From assembly GCA_965153285.1 (NCBI GenBank), contig OZ229111.1: a DNA stretch of 64,000 nucleotides. The stretch is one strand, 5' to 3'. A program made the translations under genes and the position numbers. The notes beneath the pieces were generated by a model, which did not search any database, had not been told where the DNA came from, and worked only from the letters and a program-made list of their open reading frames with translations. Origin of the DNA: Podarcis tiliguerta. Taxonomy: Eukaryota. Positions 51,251-64,000 of the stretch are shown here, in pieces (position 1 is the stretch's first letter; each line of letters starts with the position of its first letter).

Positions 51251-52703
51251 TATTTTAATTATTTTTATATTTTATTGATTAAATTTGTATACTGCCCTTC
51301 ACCCAAAGATCACAAGATGGTTTACACTTTACAACATAAAAATATATAGCATACTAACCAACAGAAACAATAGCCCCATGGAGATTTATTATTCTTATAC
51401 GGTCACTAAGCGCATTGTATAAAAAAGGGATATCATGTGTTGCATCATTCTGATATTGAACTACAGTTGCCATCATCCCTTGCTATTGACCATGCTGATG
51501 GGAACTGAAGTCCAACAGCACTGCAGGTATTGGAGCAGATTGCCCTCAGGGCCCTTCCAACTCTACAATTCAATGTTTCTATGATTTTGGAGGGCACCAT
51601 GTTGCTTGCCCCTGCTACAGAGTGACATAACCAAAGCAATAACAGATCAAAACACAAGCTCCTGACCCTCTTTTCTTGCCCAATCCTTTACTCCCTCCTC
51701 CAAATCCAACCCTGTTAGGGCAGAACACTGCTATGCCAGGTATGCTGGGAAATATAGGGTTTTTTTCTGAAGTACTAGTGTAGTTTTTCTAGAGTGACTT
51801 GGCCAATGGGAGCAGCCATCTCCCCCCGCCGCATACAAGAACATTTATGGGACTACAACACTACATTGTGACATGGGATCGTTCCCATGAGACATTTGTC
51901 CCAAATTTCAAAGGGAGTGCCACTAAAGAAGTCAATCCTTTCCTTGAAACAGTGACAAAGCCTACTTACTTGTTCAAAAAAGGAAAAGCCTGAACCTCTG
52001 GTGTTTAGAGGTAAGCCCACCCCTCCCCTGAACGTTTTTGGATTTCGCACACACATCCTACACTTGGGGGGGGGGTTGACATTAACTCAATTAAAAATGG
52101 AATCTAAATTCTATCCTGCTGAAACATTTACAAGTGACGCATTTCAGACTAGAAGATATTCTTTGTGTTGCTTGTGACCTTTGCCCAGATAGCCATGAAA
52201 AATCAGCATAAAAATCTTATATAAGAAGTATGTAAATCATATGTACGGCTCTAAGATGCCAGTTCATACTAATTTTATGCTCTGATTAAAATAACCAACA
52301 ATATCAGCATTATCTCATCCAGGCAGAGAAGGTTTTTTGTTTTTGGTAGTGGGGGACTTCAGCAATTGTTATCACAGGACTGGTTTTAAATCATCTTGTT
52401 TAGTTGTAAGTTTGTGGGTTTGTCAGCTGAGCTGCATCACTACAAAATCCAAGGGACAGAAAGTGAATATAGGCAAGGAGTTTTTCTACTACTCTTTAAA
52501 AGTGGTGGAAAACCTAATAGTAACCAAGACATCTTGGGGCAGGGATAGCAAGTTATGTGAACGGTTAAGAAGTCATTATTCACTTGCCAGGAAACCTTGC
52601 AAAGCATACCGTTTCGGCCTCTATTTCAAAAGCATTTTTCTTATAAAAATAAATAAATGCAACAATGTAGCAGGTTTGAGCAGAGACTCAAGAATGTCTT
52701 GAG

Positions 52704-52937
52704 TAGAGATGGGAAAACCTGGGGAAAAACTGGAAAAAAGGGGGGGGGGCCCAGGTTTTTTCCTGTTTTTTTCCCAAAGCCGTTTTTTTCTGGGGAAAAT
52801 GGGGGGGGGGGAGTGTGTGGAATATACAAACTACATCAAACTGGTTTTTTTCAATTTTTCTGGTAAAAAGTGACTTTGGGGGGAAACGGGGGCGGGGAAA
52901 GTTTTTCTGTGTCCCCCCCCAGGCCTTCCCATCTCTA
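52704..52937. mobile_element. hAT-type MITE (234 bp) built of homopolymer runs
   Basis: TIR tagagatgggaa(aa/gg)cctgggg; perfect 8-bp TSD gtcttgag at 52696-52703 and 52938-52945. An 8-bp TSD is the hAT hallmark. Confidence 0.9.
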
Positions 52938-55900
52938 GTCTTGAGTAGCCCCTTCACCAACTCCTGTTACTGCCAAACAGTCTCCAGACCCCAGTGATGT
53001 ATGAATTTGACATTCCTAATAAATACTTAGTAAGAAAAATCTATTTCGTTCAAATGCAGCATCTTCATCCCCACTTCCCCATCCCTAAATTTAGAAACAG
53101 TAACCTACTCTTCTCTTTGCTAACTTTTCCCTGTTGTGGTTGCTGGAAATACATATATCCCTATATCCCAACCCACCCCCAGTGGCTATTCTTCCGCTTT
53201 CTTGCTTGCTGAATACCACACACACACACCCCAATCCCCATATTTATTTCTGTTCCAATACAGGCATGGCCAAATGGGCAGCCTACAGGTCGCACCCATC
53301 TCTGAACCTCCCAGAGCCAGATGAAAAGTGGCACACGAGGAACTTCATGGGCTGCTTTCTGCTTGGAAGCACCACTCCCTGAGCAACTTCTCTTGGAAAG
53401 CTGTTGTTTCCAATTCTGGCAGAGCCCCTTCTAAGGGAAAACGAAAGGCAACCCCATGGGACTCCGCTGTATCCTCTTTCATTTTGCACCATGCTCAGGT
53501 TGCACCCAAGCCCCTCACCATGTGTATCATAGTTTTGGCTTGGGTGGAGACATTCTGAGCCTCCCTCCCAGTAAGTACTGGTCACAACAACATAATTGTG
53601 ATGGGCTACCACATAGGGCTGGTCTGTCCTGCACCTTCTTTTTCATGCAGCTGGCACGAGAAGAGAACAGAGTACCCCAAAAAGGCAACTGAGGCACACA
53701 AGGGAACCCTATAAGGGACAGTGTATACATGTGGTTTTTAAAAATACCACCAGCACAGTATTTAAATAGAACATTTCCAATGTCTCCACATTTTTCTGGC
53801 TATGTGCCAAAAGCACACATTTGAAGTGCCTAAAGGAAACAAAATATGGCTTAACTCCTCCAAAGTATCTGCACATGAAGTGCTAGAGACTGGCCACCCT
53901 TAGAGACCCGATATTAGGCTCTGGCAGTTGCTCTGTTTCTATAAGCTCACATTAGATACAGCCCTGTATTCATACTGATTAATTCTTCCTCCTGCAAATC
54001 TAGTTATTTGAGCTCTGAGGATTTCTCTTTTCAGACGCACCTCTCCCAGGACATAGTGTATTTATAGTCTCTTGTTTCTTTTCTTCCTGGGACCCCAGCC
54101 TCCTCCGCAAAACATCTTTCTCATCTGCCTTCCTAGCTGGAGAGCACAGCTAGTCTTTAGCAAGGTTGATAAAAGACACGAAGCTTAAAGTTCCTTTATC
54201 TACAAAGAGGACTCTGTTTCCTGGAGGACACTCTGAAGATGAAGCTTAAGCCTTTAACAAAGAGGATCACTACACCTGTGCATTCAGATTCTGGACAAGA
54301 TGTGATTGAACCAGAGTATCAGAACCCAACTGGATCCTCTTTAAGCTGCCTGCAGTAACCACAAAGTTATCTCCATTGGAAGCACTTATAGGAGGACAAA
54401 ACCATCATGATTTATTTCCCTGAAGATCAGGCTATATTCCCACCCACAAAACAGAATAGTTTGGTGAAGACAAGAGCAATTGTATGGTTGCTTAATATCT
54501 CTGCCATCCCAGCTGTATTATTGTCCTGCAAACTATAGACCAGACAGGGACCGAAACAAACAAATCATGTGATAGCATGTGATCAGCTTTCTACACGATA
54601 TGGTGGGAGAGAGAAATCTAATCAAAGTGAGGGTTGCAGAAGATCCTGGCATCTCTGTAAGCACAAACAAACTCTGCACACTTCTGTACAGATGCTAAAG
54701 AATGAAAATGTGTTTGAAAGAAACACAGGCATACATAGTAAATAGTCTTAGGACATTCTACAGTGCCAGAACTTAGTCTTACTTTTCTGACTAACAGCTG
54801 TCGTTTAACTGGCAACTTTTGTTTGTCATTTGCTTTAACAGTTTTCAATATTGTATTTTTAAATTGTGGTAACCCGTTCTGGAACCTCCTGTTGGAATGG
54901 TGGGCAAGAAACTGAAATCATCATCACCGTCATCATTATCATAGCAGCAGCAACATCAGAGAAACTTGGTTGCATCTAATCAAGCAGCATCTAATAGTTG
55001 CGGCTTCATCACACAGGGCGGGGGGAATTCATAACAGGCTTTGCAAAAACATCTTGTGTGCCAAACCATGCTTAAAATCAGACAGCTGGTTTCTCTTTTT
55101 CCAGGTTTTTAACACACAGCTAGATCATTTCCTACAAACTCCCTATATGTAGCAAAGGTCTGGATTTGACAAACGTCTTGTGGGGTAACCGTGTCACAAC
55201 AGGCAACAAGCCTTTGGTGGGAACTGGATAATCTGTATTTAGAGGTGCGATAGGAGTCTAATTCCTACCACCATGACAATTCCTCTTACCGAAAGCACAA
55301 TGCAAGACATGAGAGCTGTTCCACCTCCACCTCTCTTTTTTCAGCATATACAAAATATTGACAAGCTCAACACATAGCACCACACTGGGGGGATTGTAAC
55401 CAAAGTGTAACCCTGTCCTCGATTCATGAGGTACTTAGCAAGAAGGACTCAAAGCTTCCCCATTTCCCTTGACTAATAGCTAGAGCAGGTTTCCCCCCCT
55501 CCAAAAGTGACATAGTTACTGTAAACCTCTCTTCCCTACATCAGTATCCTCCCCTTTTCAGAAGGTATGCTGGAAATCAGAATTGGATATATAATAACAA
55601 AACTCCATGGTGTTTTAACCCAGTTGGCCATGTTTTAAAAGGTTTGGAAGTGAAAAATCTTAATTTTATCCAGCAGGAGATGCTAACAGTAGCCTGATTC
55701 ACACATAATGCTAAAACATGTGCTTAGCATTTAACTATGGTCAGGGATGATGTGAATTGTAGCCCCTGGCCTACAGCCACCCATCATCCCATTCCACTGG
55801 ACATGTAAGCTGTGGCTGATGGCAGTTGTAATCCGCAACTTCTGGAGGGCATCATCTTGAATACCTGTTCTATGAGATCTAATAGACTATTTTCTCCTCT

Positions 55901-58900
55901 ACAACTCACTACAATATCTAAAACCAACAAAAGAACACCCTTCTAATTGTTCCACTGTGCTACATCCGATATAGACTAGCATTCTCAGGCACTGACCCTA
56001 TGTCCCAAGAGCTTTTAGAGGTTTGTTGGAATTAGTTTTGAGGAATCTTCTACAGAACTTGCTACATTCCTTTAAGTTGCCGGCAGTCCTGTGAAATATA
56101 CAGGGAACCCATGTCTTCCAAAATGGGGGGGGGGGGGGCAAGGCCGCTTGATACACCGTGCAAGCAGCCAGTTTTTGAAAGCTATTTACCTTGCAAACAC
56201 TTGGAGGCTTGGGAGGACTGTTGAATACATACTAGGCCAGTTCTTTAGCTGGTGCCAACTAACAGTGCCAGCTTTGTCCAAATTAGACATTTGGATGGTT
56301 CTGATTTTTCTGATTCCCTTTAATCATTTGAACATCACTTATAAAACATTCAGTCTTGAGCAGAGAAGTGATTTGATAACGTTCATGCACCTGGCTGCCC
56401 AGATAATAAAAGTTAAACACAATGCCCAGTGATCAGAAAACTCCACAGAAAGAACATTAGCCTCATTGAGAGGCAAATAGCTCTTGATCCCAATCTCAAA
56501 AGCCTACTAAACGCAAAAGATACCCACTGAGTTTGCCTGCCCATAAAAAATGTAGTGTATCATCTTGCATACTGTCATGTTTCTTGGCAAAAAAAAGAAT
56601 TCTGACACGTGGGAACCACATTTTTAAATGCTTTATAACTTCTTAACCCTTAAATTTTATTTATGATTGATTTCAAATATTTTTTAAACTTCTATCCTGC
56701 CCAGGGTGGGTGTGGGGATCCAAAGTGGCTTGCAGAAGTAGCATATACATTATTAAAAAACAAAACCCACACCAAAACTATAAAATGTATTAAATAGACT
56801 TAAAAATAACTAATTTACCAAACATCATTAAAAAAAACACAACCAGCTACTAATAAATCAAAACAAAGAAACTAAGTGAGCACACAAGAGACAGAAATAT
56901 TCAACAAATGCAGGAGGCTGCTTTATGCAGTCAGGCCACTGGTTCAGTATTGCCTACCCTTAACAGCAGCTTTCCAGGACGCCCCACCACTATGCTATGG
57001 CAAATAAGTGATCAAACAGAAATGTTCATGTTAATTTATGTTTCCATTTTTGTGCACGTTGGTGCTATTGCTTTCTTACATTATCCATTTTGTCAGTACT
57101 TAATTGAAAACCTAAATAAACATATATTCTAAAAAAGAAACGGAACAAACTAACCTGTCAGTGACCAAGATGCCAGAAGTCATGGGGACCCCAGGAGTTC
57201 TGTCAAAGACACTGAAAAGCTACCTTTTAGAAACTAAACCTCACGAATAATGGTTTTGCAGCAGCGGGCCAAAAAGGTGGTCGCTAAGTGCTAATGGGAC
57301 CATCAGGAAAGTGGCTGTGTCAAAACATGTCCAAGAAACATGTAGCACTTGTAGGTCACAGACAAAGACCAATCTGCAACTGCTGCCAGGTGCGCCTTTT
57401 AATACCCACAGAGCCTACACAAATATATATATATATATATACACACACAGTCACATGGCTATTCATGAAGGGTAAGTCTTTTAATGGTTATCAACCATGG
57501 CGACTGTTATGCCTGGGATTCTAGCTGCTGAGGACAAGCAACAGAATGGTGCTGTGCACTCAGACACATCTGGATGGCCGCTGTTTGAAGCACAACGATG
57601 GACTGGATGACCTTTGGTCCAGTTAACCACAGTTCTGCTTACGTTCCCCACTCTGTATGTATAGCACTAGTTATTGCCTGACAGATAATGAATTGGTCCC
57701 TGAAAATGTGAGGCATAATATCACTTAGAATCTGATTTTCCTCCACAAGCCTCCTTTTAGAGATGAGGCCAGACCCTACATTCCTCAGCTTGGAAAACAG
57801 GCTAGTACGCGTGCATAGTTTAGAAGCCTAGCCAAGATTAACATAGTTTAGGGGGGACAGAAGTTAAGGCTAAAGAAACAGAGCATCTTGTTTGGGTTTT
57901 TAGAAAATGTTACAAAAAGACACTACTGGCATTAGTAGGCCACTGTGCTTGGAAAGACACAGGAAGAGTTTTGCTTAAGCAATTCACTTAGCAACAGGCA
58001 TGGGGAATTATTTGCAGGCAAGTGCAGTTCCAATCGGATTGCTAACTGGTTGCATCTAGTACATGGTGACTAATATTTCTTTTTTCCATGATTGGTCTTT
58101 GTGAAGACCTTTAAACCCCAAAGAAAGCAAGGCAAGAAGGAAACAAAGCAAAAAACCCGATTATAAACAACCACTGTCATCAATAGCTCTAAAATGATTT
58201 TATAAATATTAATACAACCATAATTTGCTTTTTAAAATAATTCATCTAAAATTAAAATTCAACCTGGCTATAAATCAGCCTCAGTTCCTGCTTAACTGCA
58301 GGTTATTCTGCTTTTTATGTTCTGCATACATTACATTTTTAAAAAAATGTCTCATCGTGCTTGGCCTGCAATGTTCTAGTTTAAAGAGACAACTTTTGTT
58401 TTTTTAAAACCACATTTACTTTTTTATTGGGTATTTGTGTCAAACAGTGGTATATACCAGGCATATGTATTGGCTCTGAGTGTACCTCGAATTGTTAGGT
58501 GATTTTTTCAGTTTCTAAAAAAAAAAAAGGAGGTAAAATCACCTAGCTGCACAATAACCTTTATTTGTCTGAACTCTGACAAGTTGGTTTTTTTTTACCA
58601 AAGGAAACCTCTCTCATATGTCCTCCTGATTGTCCAGCAACAAAATTAGGGAAGGGAATGCGATTTCTATATTCCCACCTCAAAACAGTCAGCCCTTGTA
58701 GGAGAACCACTGTGCCTATTTTTCTGAAATTTGGCATACATCATTCCCTCAGAAGGGGCAGCTATGACAACAAATTGAATCCAGTTTTGGCAGAAAATAT
58801 AGAAGTTAGAGACTTTTCCATTTTTAAGAAAAAACTCTTTAAAGGTTCCCAGCAAGCAAACACACAAAACACTGGCTGGATCTCCCTGAAATTTGGCAGG

Positions 58901-60658
58901 CTTAACCCACCCTGGAAAGGCTCCATTTCCCTGCAAATTTCACCAACTTATGTGAAAAGGAAAGGAAAGATTATGACTTCTTTTTAGATCCTGCATTTTA
59001 GCCAATGTGGGTGAAAGAGAGCTTCAGATTTAACAGGTCAGACATGAACCTGAACACCAAATTGAACTGGAAACCTGCCTGTGCCAAAACTTATCCAACT
59101 GTCAAGATCGAACAAACATGAAAGACTGAGTAAGAAATCTCTCCTTCGAAGAAAACCAAGGTAAGAAAACCTTGGTAAGGCAGAAAATCTAGCTCAAAAG
59201 AATCCTCGCCTCCTCTCTTCCCCCCACCCCCCAGGAGCCACGATCTGCACTCTGAAGGAACAGCAGGTGGGAATAATTTCCCAGCAGCAGACTTGGCATC
59301 TCCTCCGTGTCAGAAAGGGCCTTGATGGGACTTTCCTTTGTGCATATTACAGACTCTGTTGCCCGGATCAGAGTCCTGACTGCTCCAACCTGCTGTCCAA
59401 CTTTTATACCCTAGACTAGAGCATGCTGCTGGATAAGAGCATCTTCCCAGCAGACAAGTCTAGGCAGGCCCCCGCAGGCTCTCTTCCTTCCCCCCTCCCC
59501 CCCGCCTTTCCTGACAGACATTTCACCAGCAGGCCTCAATATTGAAATAGCAGGTTTCACTTCTGGTATCTTGGCACCTTTTGGGATTCTTCCGTCTCTT
59601 GGCTGCTCCTTCCTTTTTAAAGTTTAAAGAATTCATCTTGTGTGAAGAGCTGCCTTTGAAGCCATTTTATGCAGAATAGCTTCAGGCTACCCCTTCTAAT
59701 TGTTTGATTATTATTTTCTCCTGCCCATTAATCTTCCCAACCTATCGCACTGTAACTGTATGACTAGAATTATAGGTTACTCAGTAATCTGAACTTCAAC
59801 ATTAAATTCCAATGTAATGCTAAATCATAACAAGCCTCAGCAAACCCCGGACTCCTGCACTACCCCCCTTCTCTGGAGCCTGGAAGCTTTTGCTTCAATT
59901 TTTTTACAACTAACTGCTGCTTGTGTCACCGGCAACCAGACAAACTGTGGTTAAATATAACTATGGTTTGCTGAAACAAGCCAACTTCAAACCACAGTTT
60001 ATGAGTCTGACTTATTTCATCTAACCATAGATAAAATAAACCACAGTTTAGGATTTGTGCAATAACTAAACTGTCAAGAAAGCGTAAGAAAATTCCCATC
60101 TCCTCCTCTCGGTTGCACCAGAGAACGGGAGAACACATAAGCAAAAAGATCACGGAAACTTAATTCTCATAATACTATAATCAGGGATAGGAAACCTGGG
60201 TATGATGGAGGATGGCCACACATGGTTCACTAGTCCTCCCCATTACACCTGTGTTGCCATTTTCCCCAAACCACTACATTTGAACACAGCCCAAGGGTCA
60301 GTCAAGTAATTTAGCAAGCCTACAAAGTCACATTTAAAGTATAGGATGTTTTAGCTCTTTAACATATGCTCCCTGGGGAGGGACACATCAAAACCACCTT
60401 AATCTGTACTTAACCTGCACTCTTATCTGGAAAATAAAAAAGCAATACCAAAACACCTAAGTGGTTAAGATTGTATTTATTGCCCCTCTGGTTATCTTCC
60501 AGGATGGCCTATATTCGAGAAACAAACTGAATACACAATCCTCTCTTTTCCTCTCTTCCCCCTACTGTGCATTCTCTGTGAGGGATTTAAATGGGCACAC
60601 CCCTCACCCCTGACATGCGGTTGGGAACAGCGGGGGCCATCTCATACATGGTTTAGGG

Positions 60659-60956
60659 CAGGGGTCAGCAACCTTTTTCAGCCGTGGGCTGGTCCACCAT
60701 CCCTCTGACCATGTGGGGGGCCGGACTATTTTTTTTGGGGGGATGGGGGATGAACGAATTCCTATGCCCCAGAAATGCATTTTAAATAAAAGCACACATT
60801 CTACTCATGTAAAAACACCAGGCAGGCCCCACAAATAACCCAGAGATGTATTTTAAATAAAAGGGCACATTCTACTCATGTAAAAACATCCGTGGGCCGG
60901 AATGAGAAGGTGATTGGGCCGCATCTGGCCCACAGGCCTTAGGTTGCCTACCCCTG
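60659..60956. mobile_element. hAT (Charlie-like) MITE (298 bp)
   Basis: TIR caggggtcagcaacct / aggttgcctacccctg (14/16); perfect 8-bp TSD gtttaggg at 60651-60658 and 60957-60964; internal ~39-bp direct repeat at about 60779 and 60850. Confidence 0.9.
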
Positions 60957-61891
60957 GTTTAGGGTGTTGCTGACTGTTCCCAGACTGGCTTGTGTACTTT
61001 GACATGGTGTGGCTTCAGTATAGCCATACCCTCCACTGCCCTAGAGGCTGTAGGACAGGGCTGGGGCTATGAAAGCTACAAACAGGCAACAAAAACCAAA
61101 CGAGTGAACTGTAGCAGCGTTCGGTAGAAGCGTTCAGACTGGTTACTCGGGCACAGAAAATCCTTCCTTTCAGAGATCATACCACAACCCCATTATGGAT
61201 GAGATATGGCACCCATAGCATGCAAAGGCACAATGAAAGCAGATGCCAAAGCTAAGGCCTTGTTTATTTCATTTGGAGAAACTCTTAACAAATGCCTTCG
61301 GTAACCAGGATCTTCCATTTCACCATTGCAGCCTGGGATCCAGCATGCAAGCGCTCCCTTCTGGGTAGCACAGACAGTTTTGCCCTATTTAGCTTTCTGT
61401 CACAGAAACACTCGATGCCACAGAGATCGCTCCCGTCTATAGATTGCTGTAAAGCATAAACATTGGGAGATCACAGATTTAGTTTTTATAGTTTTCAATA
61501 TAAGAAACTGGCTATTATTTTACAGTGCAGCTTATATGAAAATGAGGTTCTAAATTAGAACCTGCTGGGTGCTGATGGGCTGCATTAAAGCTATACATGA
61601 GGTTAGGCCTCTAGCAGATGCAGTCAGATCAAACTGTGCTACCAATCATCAATTCACACCTACACAGGAAACATAGGAAGCTGCTTTCTAGCAGGCCAGA
61701 CACTTGGCTCATCTAGCCCAGTAATGTCTAATCTGAGAGGCAGGGGGTCTCTAAGGTCCCTGGAAGAAGTCTTTCGCTCCTACTGTTATTTGATCCTTTC
61801 AACTGGAGATACCCAAGTTCTCCTCATGGGTAAGAATTCATAAATAGGGTTCTGCAAGCAAATTACACTTCCAATTGGCAAGCAGAGCAAA

Positions 61892-61902
61892 ACACACACA
61901 CA

Positions 61903-61940
<38 letters not shown>
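61892..61940. repeat. (CA)n microsatellite with one TA interruption
   Basis: Direct reading. Confidence 0.95.
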
Positions 61941-61942
<2 letters not shown>

Positions 61943-62324
61943 CATTGAGGTCCAGCAATTCTGCTAAACCTGTTTACTCAGATGCTCCTGACTAAACCAT
62001 TTCTTACACCAGTAGTCAATGAACACAGTGCAGTTTCTTTTCACCAAGACAAAAGAAAAGGATAATCCTCTCAGCTTGATGTGGTTTCTGATGCCCAAGA
62101 AGCTTCTTGCCCAAAGCAAACTTTAACAGCAAGGCAAGGTGGCTTGGCTTTCCTTACAATAAGTGTGGCAACCCCCAAATACCCCCCTCTGTATTTAACA
62201 AGATTTTACACTGCACACATCTGCCTTTCTCCCCAGTTTTATTATGTCTGCCACATGCTATTTGCAGCTTTCCCCCAGAATAAGCTCAAAAACCAGAGGA
62301 GGGGAAGTTGTTTTATATCACTTA

Positions 62325-62453
<129 letters not shown>

Positions 62454-64000
62454 TCAGATATTAAAGAGAGAAATAGCAGCATGGGCATCTGGGAAAACAG
62501 AGTGCAGGGTTTGGCAGCACGCAAATGAGTTTGGGCTGAGGGGCAGTTCCAATGAATCCTAGTTAGTGGACAAAAACACTAGTTTATTGATGTTGAAGAG
62601 AAGTGTGAGTGACCTGCACTAAAAATCTAGCAGGATGCAGAGGATAGGTGATCCTGCTCAGCATGTAAGTAAAATGACAGGTGGAAGAAGAGGACCAGGG
62701 GCCTCCAACTGCCTAGTTCAGAGTTAACATTTGGCTTTCTACTACCTCCACAGGTAAGGAGGGAATCTGACTTTGTCAAATTTAGGAGCCTCTTGTGGAA
62801 TTATTGGGAAACCAGTGGGTTATTGATCGTATTGAGGCCAGGAATCTAGGAGGTATGTAACAATTATGCCTTACTCAGCAATCAGCCCAAGCAAACCACT
62901 GGACCAGTCTCATGTTGCTATCCCCAGTTATAGTGAGAACCAGTGTTAGAAACGGAGATATGAAAGCTAGGAGCTAAATGGCACCTTAAACCGAGGTTAT
63001 GGGCACAACAACGGAATGTCTAGGCACGCTTTTTTGTAACAAGAATACAAAGCTGAAAATGAATGAACTGTAGCTAAAATATTATGTTCATTTCTCACAC
63101 GGTCTAGTCTTTCCCTTGCCCGTCCCCCTAATATTCTTAAGAGGGTCTCTTCTCCAGTCTTCAGAGAGCAGCTGGAAGTGGTGAGGTAGAAAAAGGTCCT
63201 CCTCTCCTTCCACTCTGCAGTTTTAATCTGAAATCTTAGGCGTAGTACTGCGCCCAGAGCTCAGAAACTGCTCGCGCTAACGAAATTCCCTGTCGCAAAA
63301 TGTGCCTAGAACAGTGGGAGTTTCGAACCGTGGTGAGGACATGTAAATCACCTTGGCCAAGGGTAGCTCATACATTCCTTACTAAATAGAATAGTAACAA
63401 TATATTCCCTGCCACTCTGTAAATGCACCCATTTCAGTCATTTGCCTTCTTTCTCCCTGTCTTCTCCTTTCTTCAAATTCTTTGCCTCAGTCTCTGCTCT
63501 CCTGCTCACAAATATGTTGATCCTTCTCACAGAAGGTATAGATATTGGTATTTTGAACTCCTCTGTGCCTCAAATATGACATGCTATCTGAACTGAGCAA
63601 AGGACAGCCTACCATGGCACAAAGGTCTAGACTGCCTGCCTTCCATGCGGAAACAGAAAGAGAAAAATACTTTTGCATAGTTCACGTTCTTGGCTGTCCA
63701 GAGTGGAAGCCTCTCTATCAGATTCAACCGCACTGCAGCGGATGCGGTTGGCTCCTCCTTTGTGCCACTTCAGCTCCTTCAAGGGAAGTTAATGTCTATT
63801 TTCACTCTACAAATACCAATGGAGGGGGAAGTGCACCCCAAGGTGCCTACAACTTACAATTCCCCCTCAGCATTATAGGATATGAATACTCTCAAAATCA
63901 CATACACAAGCACAGTAGAAAGAGCCTTCCCACAGCAGCAAACAGGTTTAAAAATAACCTGGATAATCCATAGCATCTTACATCATGGCAATAAATAAAC

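Noticed and set aside
63235-63340. CpG-containing patch with ttcgaacc (B-box-like), possible ncRNA
   Set aside because: No convincing A-box, terminator or fold; too little support.

Overview
This is vertebrate genomic DNA from a squamate, probably a lacertid lizard, judged by a full-length Sauria SINE, a BovB tail and lizard-type L2/CR1/MITE repeats. The whole window appears to lie inside a plexin-A1 (PLXNA1) gene on the minus strand. Five consecutive coding exons (100, 115, 201, 97 and 191 bp) have canonical AG/GT boundaries and splice in frame, encoding the IPT1-end/PSI2/IPT2/PSI3 part of the ectodomain. They are separated by introns of about 21.0, 15.0, 19.8 and 1.5 kb. The most notable passenger is a nearly full-length, disabled ATP23 processed pseudogene (27275-28387), antisense to PLXNA1. 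It is inserted into an older L2 LINE 3' end, has a 14-bp target-site duplication (TSD), and its poly(A) tail has turned into (AG)n. Also present: a young 5'-truncated LINE (RTE-X-like) with an unbroken ORF and a perfect 13-bp TSD, six Tc1/mariner-pogo-type MITEs, two hAT MITEs and microsatellites. Unexplained non-coding structures include a perfect 23-bp inverted repeat of a POU/homeodomain-like motif 1.9 kb apart and a perfect 35-bp (CA)15/(TG)15 inverted repeat enclosing a second hairpin. I found no evidence of a new multi-gene system; most short ORFs in the track look like noise. Family assignments come from recalled consensus features, not from searches.
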